Source: Candidatus Udaeobacter sp.
GTDB lineage: Bacteria; Patescibacteriota; Patescibacteriia; Magasanikbacterales; GWA2-37-8
DNA length: 64,000 nt
Reading direction: 5' to 3'
Assembly (NCBI GenBank): GCA_035473115.1
Contig: DATION010000006.1
Span: forward strand, 521 to 64,520
Below are positions 47,935 through 57,416 of this stretch, piece after piece; position 1 is the first letter of the stretch, and each line of letters opens with the position of its first letter. The position numbers were made by a program, and so were the translations under genes. The notes under the pieces were generated by a model. It had not been told where the DNA came from. It was given only the letters and a program-made list of their open reading frames with translations, and searched no databases.

Positions 47935-49017
47935 ATGCCGGAAAGATTTAATGACGGTCCGCCTTCTGAGCGTGGGCCAGTTGAACCTAAAAGAATAATA
48001 AGGTTTGCTGACTTGCTTCCGGCAGAGATAGAATCAGATAAAGCTTCTTCCAAGGTGAATAGAGCACCGCGCTTTATTTTTGAATACGTGCCAACAGAAG
48101 TGCAAACTGAAGGCGCTCTAGTAACTCCGGAAGTAAATGTCCAAGAAAATTTTGAGGTAGAGACAACTCGTTTTAACGGAGGTGCATTTATTAGAATGCC
48201 ATCGGCATTGGATAGCAGCAGCAAGTCATTGCTAAAAAATTGTCAGGACGCTGGGGCTTTACATTTAGGTAAGGACGGAAAAATGATTAATTTTGCTATG
48301 GGTGATGGTGTTAGCCAAAGCATGAACGGAAAAGCTGCTGCCGAGATGGCAACATCGGTTGCTTTAGAAGAGTTAGTAGCCACAGCTGGCATTGCTCATA
48401 ATAATTTGACAATGAGAAGTTTAATCCAAAAAGTGGAGCAAAGAATGCAAGCTGGTGATTTGGATGCTTTAAAAGAGCAATGGGCTCAGGATATTTTGAT
48501 TAATAAGAATATCTCTCCAGGTATTTTACGCAGTGCTTTGTTGGCAGATCTGGGTTATCAAGAAAATAATGGTGTGTTAGAAAAAACTAAAGCTCCAGCT
48601 AAGGATAAAAAATTAGGGTCAACAACTTTAATGGTCGGGCAATTAGAAAATAATCATTTAAAATTAGCTTATTCTAGTGACGGTGGTTTTATCGTTGTTA
48701 ACAGCAAAGGAGTTAAGATGTTTAGCGGTCAACATGCGATTATAAAATCGCCTCCTCAATTAAGGCTGGCAGGTGATAAAATTGATATAAACGCAATTCA
48801 GTATACAGATATAGAACTAGATAAAGGCGATAAGGTTTTGGTGTATAGCGATGGTTTGTATCATACAAAAAAAGGCGGCGAGGTAAGTTCTGAGGCACGA
48901 GCAAAACAAGTTGCTGACTTGGTTAAACAAGGCAATGCCGTAGAACAGATCGCTAAAACTTTAATGCAAGACGCTGCCGGTATGGACGATATCGAAGTTT
49001 TGGCTTTTGAGTATTAA
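47935..49017 (+). CDS. PP2C-family Ser/Thr protein phosphatase-like protein with an approximately 100-aa N-terminal extension
   Basis: PP2C signature blocks: AMGDGVSQ (the metal-binding DG.GG region), GSTTLMV, VYSDGLY and GMDDIEVLAF. Confidence 0.55.
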   Translation: MPERFNDGPPSERGPVEPKRIIRFADLLPAEIESDKASSKVNRAPRFIFEYVPTEVQTEGALVTPEVNVQENFEVETTRFNGGAFIRMPSALDSSSKSLLKNCQDAGALHLGKDGKMINFAMGDGVSQSMNGKAAAEMATSVALEELVATAGIAHNNLTMRSLIQKVEQRMQAGDLDALKEQWAQDILINKNISPGILRSALLADLGYQENNGVLEKTKAPAKDKKLGSTTLMVGQLENNHLKLAYSSDGGFIVVNSKGVKMFSGQHAIIKSPPQLRLAGDKIDINAIQYTDIELDKGDKVLVYSDGLYHTKKGGEVSSEARAKQVADLVKQGNAVEQIAKTLMQDAAGMDDIEVLAFEY

Positions 49018-49047
49018 TTTTTTTAAACAGGTTTTTAAAATAACATT

Positions 49048-49821
49048 ATGCTTTCCAGATCAATCTTAGTTTTTGTAAGCGTTATGGTATTTAGCGTATC
49101 TAGTTTTTTGTTTAAATTTTTTCATATCTCAAATCAGAATTTTATTTCTCCGTATAATGTTTCGACCAGTTCTAACACCAATTCCGCAAATAATGCCGAT
49201 AAATCTGCCAGCACTTCGATAAAATTGGTAGGCACGTTAGCTTGTCTGCCGCACAAAGATTTGAGCGGTCCGCAAACTATGGAATGCGCTATCGGACTTA
49301 AAGATAACAGCGGCAGATATTTTTTTCTAGATTATAGTCAGGCAGAAAAAAATAGCAGCTTTATTTCTACTGGCATGGCCGTTGAAGTTATTGGCACGCT
49401 TAAACCTGTCTCTGATTCCAGATATCAAAACGATGGCATAATTTTTGTCTCCAAAATAGTTAAAATAATGCCAACAGAAAATCCAGCCATCAAAACAATT
49501 ACTACTGGCGCCGGTGGCATAGAGGGTTCAGTTTGGTTGGGTCCAGTCTGTCCGGTAGAAAAAAATCCGCCGGATCCAACTTGTGCCAATCGTCCATATA
49601 GAACTAGTTTGGCTGTCACAACCGTAGAAGGAAAATTAGTTAAAAATTTTAGTTCCGATATGAATGGGCAGTTTAAAGTTAACGTGCCTCCGGGTAAATA
49701 TGCGATTCGTTATGCTGATACTGCTAAAAAATACCCGATTTGCGGCACTAGCGATGTGATTAGCGTGGAGAGTAACAGTTTTGCCGAAGTTAATGTTTTT
49801 TGTGACACTGGGATAAGATAA
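49048..49821 (+). CDS. Hypothetical secreted protein with a C-terminal beta-sandwich-like region
   Basis: N-terminal signal/anchor, a low-complexity S/T/N linker and a Cys-containing C-terminal domain. No family recognised. Confidence 0.45.
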   Translation: MLSRSILVFVSVMVFSVSSFLFKFFHISNQNFISPYNVSTSSNTNSANNADKSASTSIKLVGTLACLPHKDLSGPQTMECAIGLKDNSGRYFFLDYSQAEKNSSFISTGMAVEVIGTLKPVSDSRYQNDGIIFVSKIVKIMPTENPAIKTITTGAGGIEGSVWLGPVCPVEKNPPDPTCANRPYRTSLAVTTVEGKLVKNFSSDMNGQFKVNVPPGKYAIRYADTAKKYPICGTSDVISVESNSFAEVNVFCDTGIR

Positions 49822-49841
49822 ATAATCAAATATAAACGAAG

Positions 49842-49876
49842 GAAAGGCGAGAAAGTTTTCGCCTTTCTTTTTTTTA
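49842..49876 (+). terminator. Rho-independent terminator
   Basis: gaaaggcga / tcgcctttc stem with loop gaaagttt, followed by ttttttttt. Confidence 0.65.
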
Positions 49877-49920
49877 TCTAAAATGGTAAAATTTAAGTGT
49901 AAATTAAGCTAATTTTTAAT

Positions 49921-50163
49921 ATGCGGTATTTTATCGGAATTATCTTGGTGGCAATTGGTATTTTGTTGGTCCTAAAAACCGAATGGTTTATTGAAAATTT
50001 TGGCACTAATGCTTGGGCGGAAGAACACTTTGGTTTCAATGGCGGCACTCGCTTGATGTATAAATTGGTAGGGATCGCTTTTATCTTTTTTGGATTTTTG
50101 GCAATTACCAATCTAATCGGCGGTTTTTTGTCCGGCACCATCGGTAAAATATTTATTCGTTAG
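49921..50163 (+). CDS. Hypothetical small membrane protein (2 TM)
   Basis: 80-aa hydrophobic ORF. Confidence 0.35.
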   Translation: MRYFIGIILVAIGILLVLKTEWFIENFGTNAWAEEHFGFNGGTRLMYKLVGIAFIFFGFLAITNLIGGFLSGTIGKIFIR

Positions 50164-50164
50164 T

Positions 50165-50713
50165 ATGTTTCATTCCGGCACAGCTTTAATTGACCCCTAT
50201 AAAATTTTTGCCAGAATTTCTTTATCCGAAGGAAAAAGAGTTGCTGACTTGGGCTGCGGCCGAACCGGCCATTTTGTTTTTCCGGCGGTAAAAATAGTCG
50301 GCGAAAAAGGCGTAGTCTATGCGGTAGATGTGGTGAAAAATATTTTAGACAGCATTAAAAGCACAGCGCGAACCGGCGGCCATGATAATGTGCAGACTGT
50401 TTGGTCGGACATAGAGGTTTTTGGCAAAACGCCAATACCGGACAATTCTCTTGACGCCTGCTTTTGTATTAATGTACTATTTCAACTAAAGAATAAAGCC
50501 GGCGCTATTAAAGAAGCGGCACGGATGCTAAAACCAGGCGGTTATTTGGTGGTAGTAGATTGGGCTAAAAAATTGGGTGGTTTAGGCCCTTCGCCGGAGT
50601 CGATGCTAAAACCGGAGGATTTATTAAAATTGGCAGCTCAAGAAAATTTAAAATTTGTTGATAAAATTTTACCAGGAGAATATCATTATTCATTAATCTT
50701 TGAAAAGACTTAG
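50165..50713 (+). CDS. Class I SAM-dependent methyltransferase
   Basis: Motif I VADLGCGRTGH and the post-motif LKPGGYLVVVDW. Confidence 0.75.
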   Translation: MFHSGTALIDPYKIFARISLSEGKRVADLGCGRTGHFVFPAVKIVGEKGVVYAVDVVKNILDSIKSTARTGGHDNVQTVWSDIEVFGKTPIPDNSLDACFCINVLFQLKNKAGAIKEAARMLKPGGYLVVVDWAKKLGGLGPSPESMLKPEDLLKLAAQENLKFVDKILPGEYHYSLIFEKT

Positions 50714-51119
50714 TATGTCTATAAGCAATTTGTTTCATCTGGATTATTGGTTGGCTCAGCCTTTTACAGCTCGAGGTTTAACACTTTGGATTTTAGTTGG
50801 CGGGTTTTTAGTTTTGGTAATGGCTGGCTTAGTTTTTAAAATTTTATCTCAGTATCAACAGCAAAAAGCGCAAAAATCACTTTTAAGCAGACTAGGAAGT
50901 TTTGGCATTACTATGGGATTTTTGGGATTAGTATGGATGTTTTTTCGCCAAGAAAGAGCGGTAATTTTGGCTTGGCGTTTCTGGATTCTGTTGTGGTTGA
51001 TTGGCGGTATAGTTTGGCTTTATCGTTTGTTATATTATGCTCTAAAAAGAATTCCGGAAATCAAAGCTGAAGAAATTAAGCGTGCTAATCTGGAAAAGTA
51101 TCTTCCTAAAAAAAATTAA
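50700..51119 (+). CDS. Hypothetical integral membrane protein
   Basis: 139-aa ORF with 3-4 TM segments. Overlaps the upstream methyltransferase by 14 nt. Confidence 0.4.
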   Translation: MKRLSMSISNLFHLDYWLAQPFTARGLTLWILVGGFLVLVMAGLVFKILSQYQQQKAQKSLLSRLGSFGITMGFLGLVWMFFRQERAVILAWRFWILLWLIGGIVWLYRLLYYALKRIPEIKAEEIKRANLEKYLPKKN

Positions 51120-51143
51120 TCTGTGTCTAGAAGGAGTAAAAAC

Positions 51144-51476
51144 TTGGGCGATTGGGGAGAAGAGCAAGCCTGTAAGTTTTTAGCCAGGCATGGATTTAGA
51201 GTTATTGAACGCAACTATCATACCACCATGGGTGAAATTGATATTATCGCTGTTAAGGCCGATGATTATTATTTTATTGAAGTAAAAACCAGGAGAGGCA
51301 GTGAATTTGCCAATGACGACGCCATTACCTATTTTAAGAAATGGCGGATGAACCGAGCCGTTAAAGCTTATTGTTATACTCGAAATATTGGCGATAAATC
51401 TATTATTTTGGCCGGGTTGATTTTGGAAGTGAAGAAACTGGCAGGTAAGGTAAGCTTTCGGTTTTGCGTTATTTAA
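51144..51476 (+). CDS. YraN-family (UPF0102) endonuclease-like protein
   Basis: GDWGEEQACKFLARHGFRVIERNY…EIDIIA…FIEVKTRRG matches UPF0102. Probable TTG start at 51144 with an AGGAG SD 7 nt upstream. The annotated GTG at 51123 would lie inside the SD. Confidence 0.7.
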   Translation: MGDWGEEQACKFLARHGFRVIERNYHTTMGEIDIIAVKADDYYFIEVKTRRGSEFANDDAITYFKKWRMNRAVKAYCYTRNIGDKSIILAGLILEVKKLAGKVSFRFCVI

Positions 51477-51481
51477 CAGGG

Positions 51482-51510
51482 TTGACTTTTTTCGTTTATT
51501 GTATTATAGT
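51482..51510 (+). promoter_or_regulatory. ndk promoter TTGACT-N17-TATAGT
   Basis: Hexamers at 51482-51487 and 51505-51510. Confidence 0.5.
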
Positions 51511-51538
51511 GAAGCCAGTTAATTAAACTATTAAAAAT

Positions 51539-52141
51539 ATGGCCCATCCTTCCAAAGAAACAACTTTTGTGATGATTAAACCGGACGGCGTGCAGCGCGG
51601 CCTGGTTGGTGAGATCTTAAAACGAATTGAACGAGTTGGCTTAAAAATCGTCGCTTTAAAAATGCTTGTCCCTACCGAAGATCAATGCTGGACACATTAC
51701 AATAAAGACGAAGCTTGGTTTTTAAAAAAAGGAGAGCGAACTATCAATGATCGTCAAGCTGCCGGCTTACCGGTAGATAAACCAGCTATAGAATACGGCA
51801 AAGATATTATCCGTGCTCTAGTGAAATTTATGACTTCCGGACCGGTGGTGGCGATGGTTTTGTCTGGTAATCAATCTGTGGGAATTGTAACTAAGTTAGT
51901 TGGCGGCACTGAACCTTTGACTTCCGATGTTGGCACAATTCGCGGCGATTACACCTTGGATTCTTATGAACTTTCCAGTATAGATGAAAGAGCTGTACGC
52001 AACCTGATTCATTGCTCCGACAAGCCCGAAGAAGCGCAGCGGGAAATGAAAATTTGGTTTAAACCGGAAGAAATGATCAGCTACCGACAATTAAACGAAG
52101 AAATTTTGTACGATGTGAACTTAGATGGAATTTTGGAATAA
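51539..52141 (+). CDS. ndk: Nucleoside diphosphate kinase with an approximately 50-aa internal insertion
   Basis: TFVMIKPDGVQRGLVGEI N-terminus and an NxxHxSD-like active-site region (NLIHCSD). 200 aa versus about 140 aa typically. Confidence 0.85.
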   Translation: MAHPSKETTFVMIKPDGVQRGLVGEILKRIERVGLKIVALKMLVPTEDQCWTHYNKDEAWFLKKGERTINDRQAAGLPVDKPAIEYGKDIIRALVKFMTSGPVVAMVLSGNQSVGIVTKLVGGTEPLTSDVGTIRGDYTLDSYELSSIDERAVRNLIHCSDKPEEAQREMKIWFKPEEMISYRQLNEEILYDVNLDGILE

Positions 52142-52151
52142 AAAATACTTT

Positions 52152-52184
52152 AAAAAACAGTCCCAAATCGGGGCTGTTTTTTTG
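52152..52184 (+). terminator. Rho-independent terminator after ndk
   Basis: cagtccc / ggggctg stem (one G-U pair), followed by tttttttg. Confidence 0.6.
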
Positions 52185-52233
52185 TTTGAAAACCAGGTTT
52201 ATTTGATGTACAATAGGTGTGTTATAAATCCTT

Positions 52234-53964
52234 ATGCGATCAAAAAAAGAAGAGAGTAATCAAATCCGGGTTGTTTCGGTTATCGTGTTGTTAATGGCTC
52301 TGGTAATTATTGCCAGACTTTTTGTTTTACAGGTTGTGGAACGAAAGTATTATTCAGCTTTAGCTCTGGATAAACATGAAATATACAGACAGATTTTTCC
52401 GCATCGAGGTAATATCTTTTTTCAAGACACCCGAGATAAAAAACAAGAATATCCGGCAGCGGTAAATCGTGAGTATTATCTTTTGTATGCCGTACCGCGA
52501 GATATTCCATCCGCTCAAGTTGTGTCTACGACTAATTTTTTGGCTGGTATTTTGAATTATACGCCGGAAGAAAAAGATGTTTTGCTGGCTAAACTTTCCA
52601 AGAGCAGCGATCCGTATGAACCAATAGCCAAAAAAATATCTGATGAAATTAAAAGTAAAATTGAGTCAGCTCATTTGGTCGGTATAAGTACTATTGGTCA
52701 GGAGTTTAGATATTATCCCGAAGGCAACTTGGCGGCCAATGTTTTGGGCTTCACAGCTCAAAATGAAACAGGCGCTTTATCCGGCCGTTATGGCATTGAA
52801 GGTTTTTGGGATAAAATTTTAACTGGTAAGAGCGGATTTTTGGCAGGTGAAAAGAGCGCTTTGGGAAGTTTGATACCGTTGGCTGATCGGACTTTAAAAG
52901 ATGCTGAAGATGGTTCTGATTTAGTTTTGACTATAGACAGAAATTTACAATATAAATCTTGCGAGTATCTGCGAGCCGGTTATGAAAAGTATCAAGCCAA
53001 AAGCGCGGCTTTAATTTTGATGGATCCAAAAACGGGCGCAGTTTTATCGATGTGCAGTTTGCCGGATTTTGATCCCAATAATTATTCTAATGCTCCGGAT
53101 GTATCGGTATATAATAATACCGCTGTTTTTAACGCTTATGAACCAGGGTCGGTTTTTAAGTCAATCATTATGGCAGCTGGATTGGATTTAGGACTAGTTA
53201 GTCCGTTTAGCACTTATATTGATACCGGTGAAAGAATTATTAATGGACATAAAATTCATAATGCTTTAAATAAAAAATATGGGCTGTCGACCATGACCAA
53301 TGTCTTGGAGTCATCTATTAATACCGGTATGATCTGGGTCGAGGAAAAAATGAGTCATAGCCGGTTTAAAGATTATGCGGATAAATTTGGTTTTGGCAAA
53401 AAAACCGGAGTTGGCTTGGATACTGAAGTGGCCGGAGATATTTCATCTCTTAGCAAGCCGGCTGATATTTACTATGCCAATGGTTCGTTTGGGCAGGGAT
53501 TTACAGCCACGCCTTTGCAGCTGGTTACGGCCTATGCTGCTTTGGCTAATGGCGGCGAAATGCCAAAGCCATATATTGTCGATGAAATTCGCCACCCTAA
53601 CGGACAGATTGAAAAAACTGAGCCGCAAACAGAGGTTGTAATTTCTCCAAATACTGATAAACTAATTACGGCTATGCTTATTTCCGTAATCGAACACGGC
53701 CATAGCCAGACTGAAAAATTGCCCAATTACTATATAGCCGGCAAGACCGGTACGGCGCAGATTGCTAGCCGAGGAGAATACGCGGCAGACGATACTAACC
53801 ATACGTTTATTGGTTATTTCCCGGCAACCAACCCAAAACTTGTCTTGCTCGTGAAATATGAATCTCCGCAAGCCAATTGGGCGGAATCAACGGCCGCGCC
53901 GGTATTTAAAGAAGTTGCTAAATTTTCTTTGGATTATTACGGAATTCCGGGAGATAAAAATTAG
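52234..53964 (+). CDS. Class B penicillin-binding protein (PBP2/FtsI transpeptidase)
   Basis: N-terminal TM anchor, SxxK (SVFK), SxN and KTG (AGKTGTAQ) motifs. Confidence 0.85.
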   Translation: MRSKKEESNQIRVVSVIVLLMALVIIARLFVLQVVERKYYSALALDKHEIYRQIFPHRGNIFFQDTRDKKQEYPAAVNREYYLLYAVPRDIPSAQVVSTTNFLAGILNYTPEEKDVLLAKLSKSSDPYEPIAKKISDEIKSKIESAHLVGISTIGQEFRYYPEGNLAANVLGFTAQNETGALSGRYGIEGFWDKILTGKSGFLAGEKSALGSLIPLADRTLKDAEDGSDLVLTIDRNLQYKSCEYLRAGYEKYQAKSAALILMDPKTGAVLSMCSLPDFDPNNYSNAPDVSVYNNTAVFNAYEPGSVFKSIIMAAGLDLGLVSPFSTYIDTGERIINGHKIHNALNKKYGLSTMTNVLESSINTGMIWVEEKMSHSRFKDYADKFGFGKKTGVGLDTEVAGDISSLSKPADIYYANGSFGQGFTATPLQLVTAYAALANGGEMPKPYIVDEIRHPNGQIEKTEPQTEVVISPNTDKLITAMLISVIEHGHSQTEKLPNYYIAGKTGTAQIASRGEYAADDTNHTFIGYFPATNPKLVLLVKYESPQANWAESTAAPVFKEVAKFSLDYYGIPGDKN

Positions 53965-53984
53965 TTAATGCTGTTTCAAATCAT

Positions 53985-55283
53985 ATGCTTAAATCATTAT
54001 TACATTATTGGCTCAGATTTTTTTCTAAAAAAATATTAAATAAATACAAGCCGGACGTTGTCGGTATTACCGGTTCAATTGGCAAAACTTCTTCCAAAGA
54101 AGCCATTGCGGCCGTATTAGAAAAAAAATTTACCGTTCGTCGCAGCGTAAAAAATTATAACAATGAGATCGGTTTGCCGCTGACTATTATCGGCATAGAT
54201 AAATCTCCGGGCAGATCTATTTTTGGCTGGCTGGCCGTATTTATGAAGGCTAAGAGATTAATTTTTCAACGAGAGAAAAATTATCCGGAAATTTTAGTTT
54301 TAGAAATGGGCGCTGACAAACCAGGGGATATCGAATATTTAACCGAGTTGGCTCCGTGCAAAGTGGGCGTGCTGACTTTTATTTCCCACGCCCATACCGA
54401 GTTTTTTAAGACAATTAAAAAAATCGCTCAGGAAAAAAGAATTATAATTTCTCATCTTAAACAGGATGGATTTGCCGTTTTGAATTTTGATAATGATTTA
54501 GTAATGCAAAATGCTGGCGCCACCAAAGCGGAAACAATTACGTACGGACTCAAAGAAGGCGCTGACTTGCGAGCGACCGATATTAATATTTTAAAAGACG
54601 AGCAGACCGGCTGGCCGCTGGGGTTAAATTTTAAAGTTTTATACAAAGGCAGTGTGGTGCCGGTTTTTTTGCCGGGAGTAATTGCTAAGCCGGCAATCTC
54701 GGCCGCTTTGGCCGGTTTGGCGGTCGGCGTTATTTTTGGCATCAATTTGGTAGAGGGAGCCCAAGCTTTAAGCAGTTTGGAAGGTTTGCCTGGGCGCATG
54801 CGTTTGCTGCCGGGAATCAAGAAGACTTTGATAATCGATGACAGTTATGCTTCTAGTCCGGAGGCGGCCAAGTCATCTATAGAAACACTTGGTCAGTTTG
54901 TGGTCAAAGAGGGAGCGGAGCGTTATGTAGTTTTGGGCGATATGTTAGAGCTTGGTCCGGAAACAGAAAATGCTCATCGGGAAGTTGGCTTTAAGGTTGC
55001 CGAAATGGGTATAGATTATCTAATTACTGTTGGTGAAGCGGCCAAATATATTGCTCAAGCTGCCCAAGAAGCTGGTTTGGCGGAACATAGAATCGCTTCA
55101 TTTGCCAGCAGTGGCGAAGCCGGTAAATTTTTGCAAGAAAAACTAAAAGAAGGCGACGTGGCTCTTATCAAAGGCTCTCAAGGTTTGCGAATGGAAAGAG
55201 CAGTTAAAGAAGTTATGGCCGAACCGCTGCTGGCCGAAAAATTATTAGCTAGGCAAGATAAGATTTGGTTAAGTAAAGTTTAA
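53985..55283 (+). CDS. murF: UDP-MurNAc-tripeptide--D-Ala-D-Ala ligase (Mur ligase family)
   Basis: ATP-binding GITGSIGKTSSKE and the Mur ligase middle and C-terminal domains. Adjacent to the PBP gene. Confidence 0.8.
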   Translation: MLKSLLHYWLRFFSKKILNKYKPDVVGITGSIGKTSSKEAIAAVLEKKFTVRRSVKNYNNEIGLPLTIIGIDKSPGRSIFGWLAVFMKAKRLIFQREKNYPEILVLEMGADKPGDIEYLTELAPCKVGVLTFISHAHTEFFKTIKKIAQEKRIIISHLKQDGFAVLNFDNDLVMQNAGATKAETITYGLKEGADLRATDINILKDEQTGWPLGLNFKVLYKGSVVPVFLPGVIAKPAISAALAGLAVGVIFGINLVEGAQALSSLEGLPGRMRLLPGIKKTLIIDDSYASSPEAAKSSIETLGQFVVKEGAERYVVLGDMLELGPETENAHREVGFKVAEMGIDYLITVGEAAKYIAQAAQEAGLAEHRIASFASSGEAGKFLQEKLKEGDVALIKGSQGLRMERAVKEVMAEPLLAEKLLARQDKIWLSKV

Positions 55284-55287
55284 TTTT

Positions 55288-56196
55288 ATGCCTGAATTGC
55301 CAGAAGTAGAAACAATCCGTCGCGATTTAGCCAAAGTTTTGATTGGTAAAAAAATTACCGCTATTGAGATTATAAACAAAAGCCCGGTTAAAGACGGTGC
55401 GGAGCGATTTAAAAAAATTTTATTGAATAAAAAAATAAAACAGATTGAACGGATCGGGAAATTAATGATGTTTGATTTGACTGATGGCCAACGCCGCAGC
55501 GAGTCCACGCCTCGCGGCGGGGGAAATTTTTTATTGGTTCATCTTAAAATGACTGGCCAGCTGATTTATCGGCATGGCCATACGGTTATCGAGGGTGGGC
55601 ATAATTTGCCGGTATTTAAAGAAAATGATTTGCCTACCAAGTATACTTGGGTAGCTTGGAAATTTAATGATGGTTCTGATCTGTATTTTAATGACATGCG
55701 CAAGTTTGGTTATTTAAAAATTGTTGATAAAAAAGCCAAAGAAAAAATTGTGGCCAAATATGGTATTGAGCCTTTGACAAAAAATTTTACTTTAACTAAC
55801 TTTAAAAAAGTTTTAGCCAAAAGAAAAACATCAATAAAATCGGTCTTATTAAATCAAGCGCTAGTAGCCGGGATCGGCAATATTTACGCGGATGAAATCT
55901 GTTTCGCAGCGGGACTACGTCCGGACAGTTCGGTAGCCAAGTTGGCAGAAGCGGAAATAAAAAAAGTGTTTATTGCCAGCAGTGCCATTATCAAAAAAGC
56001 CATTGAGCACAAAGGCACCACCTTTAAAGATTATGTGAACGCTCATGGCGGCAAAGGAAATTTTTCGGATTACCTCAAAGTTTATAAGCGAGTCGGTAAA
56101 AAATGTTTGCGCTGTAAAGAAGGCGTTATCACTAGTAAAAAGATTGCCGGTCGAACTTCGCACTATTGTCCTGTTTGTCAAAAAGTGATAAATTAG
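55288..56196 (+). CDS. mutM: Formamidopyrimidine-DNA glycosylase
   Basis: MPELPEVE catalytic N-terminus, an H2TH region and a C-terminal CxxC…CxxC zinc finger. Contains a short insertion (QRRSESTPRGGGN). Confidence 0.9.
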   Translation: MPELPEVETIRRDLAKVLIGKKITAIEIINKSPVKDGAERFKKILLNKKIKQIERIGKLMMFDLTDGQRRSESTPRGGGNFLLVHLKMTGQLIYRHGHTVIEGGHNLPVFKENDLPTKYTWVAWKFNDGSDLYFNDMRKFGYLKIVDKKAKEKIVAKYGIEPLTKNFTLTNFKKVLAKRKTSIKSVLLNQALVAGIGNIYADEICFAAGLRPDSSVAKLAEAEIKKVFIASSAIIKKAIEHKGTTFKDYVNAHGGKGNFSDYLKVYKRVGKKCLRCKEGVITSKKIAGRTSHYCPVCQKVIN

Positions 56197-56207
56197 AGAA
56201 GTGGCCA

Positions 56208-56285
56208 GAATGAATAATGATTTTTTTGTGCCAAAACCCCGCTGTGGCGGGGCGTAATTGTCACTGCAAAAATCATTATTCATTC
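56208..56285. promoter_or_regulatory. Composite inverted repeat upstream of sodA: 18-bp AT-rich arms with Fur/PerR-box-like half-sites flanking a GC hairpin
   Basis: gaatgaataatgattttt (56208-56225) is the perfect reverse complement of aaaaatcattattcattc (56268-56285). The inner stem ccccgc/gcgggg is at 56237-56252. Arms contain ATAATGAT / ATCATTAT. Confidence 0.4.
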
Positions 56286-56336
56286 CATTGATTATTTAGA
56301 GATAATTAAGAACATTTGATTATTTTTTAACTTATT

Positions 56337-56924
56337 TTGCGTATGAAATTTGAATTGCCAAAATTGGAGTATAAGTATGACGCTTTGGAGCCGTATATTG
56401 ATGCCAAAACAATGGAGATACACCATAGCAAACATCATCAGGCCTATTTGGATAAATTTAACGCTGTTTTGGAAAAGAACCCGCAACTTAAACTTGATAG
56501 AGCCGAAGATATTTTGGTTCATTTAAACAATTTAGAAGTTAGCGAAGATGACAGAAAAGTTTTAAGAAATCATGGCGGCGGTTTTGTGAACCACGATTTT
56601 TTTTGGAAGTTAATGGGTCCGGAAAAAGATTTAGACAATAGTTTGATTGCCGATATAATCAAGACCTTTGGTTCGATAGAAGATTTTAAGACTAAATTTA
56701 GCGCGGCAGCGGTTGGCCAATTTGGTAGCGGCTGGGCTTGGCTGGTTCAGGATGAAAATAAAATGTTAAAAATTTACTCTTTGCCTAACCAAGATTCCCC
56801 GCTAACTTTGGGGCACCGCCCAATATTGGGTCTAGATGTTTGGGAGCATGCCTATTATCTTAAATACCAAAATAAACGAGCCGAATATATAGAAAACTGG
56901 TGGAAGGTATTGAAATCAATTTAA
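56337..56924 (+). CDS. sodA: Fe/Mn superoxide dismutase
   Basis: HHSKHHQAY and DVWEHAYY metal-ligand motifs. Confidence 0.93.
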   Translation: MRMKFELPKLEYKYDALEPYIDAKTMEIHHSKHHQAYLDKFNAVLEKNPQLKLDRAEDILVHLNNLEVSEDDRKVLRNHGGGFVNHDFFWKLMGPEKDLDNSLIADIIKTFGSIEDFKTKFSAAAVGQFGSGWAWLVQDENKMLKIYSLPNQDSPLTLGHRPILGLDVWEHAYYLKYQNKRAEYIENWWKVLKSI

Positions 56925-56981
56925 TTAGTCTCTGAAAAATTTTACTTAGTTATTAGCGATTAAATCAGCACTGTTTTATTT

Positions 56982-57416
56982 ATGAGCCAGCAAGGAAAAG
57001 AATTTTTTTTACCTTTAGAAACACCGGATGATGGCTCTGGGTTTTCTTTGTTCTCGTCTTTAAAAAATCAAGCCGGTGAACATGTGCCCGAAGGTCAGCT
57101 GGCTGTGGATGTTTCGCAGACCGAAGACGAACTTGTGGTGGTGGCGGCCATGGCTGGCACACCCGCGGAAAAAATTGAACTGCATCTCCATAATGATCTG
57201 CTTACTATTCGCGGTGAAAGAACCTCACCCGTAGAAGCGGCTGAGCATTTCTATCAGGAATGCTATTGGGGAAAATTTTCTCGAAGCATAATTTTGCCGG
57301 TAGATGTAAAAACCGAGATGGTCCAAGCACAATATAAAAATGGTGTGCTGATAATTAGACTGCCAAAAGCCAGTCAAAATAACAGCAATATCCCAATTAT
57401 GGTAATTGAAGAATAA
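56982..57416 (+). CDS. Hsp20/alpha-crystallin small heat-shock protein
   Basis: Alpha-crystallin domain with the C-terminal I-x-I-like motif (…GVLIIRLPK…). Confidence 0.85.
   Translation: MSQQGKEFFLPLETPDDGSGFSLFSSLKNQAGEHVPEGQLAVDVSQTEDELVVVAAMAGTPAEKIELHLHNDLLTIRGERTSPVEAAEHFYQECYWGKFSRSIILPVDVKTEMVQAQYKNGVLIIRLPKASQNNSNIPIMVIEE

Noticed and set aside
47766-48224. 152-aa minus-strand ORF spanning the tRNA-Leu gene and the start of the PP2C-like gene
   Set aside because: It overlaps a confidently folded tRNA and a better-supported plus-strand CDS. It has no SD or promoter.
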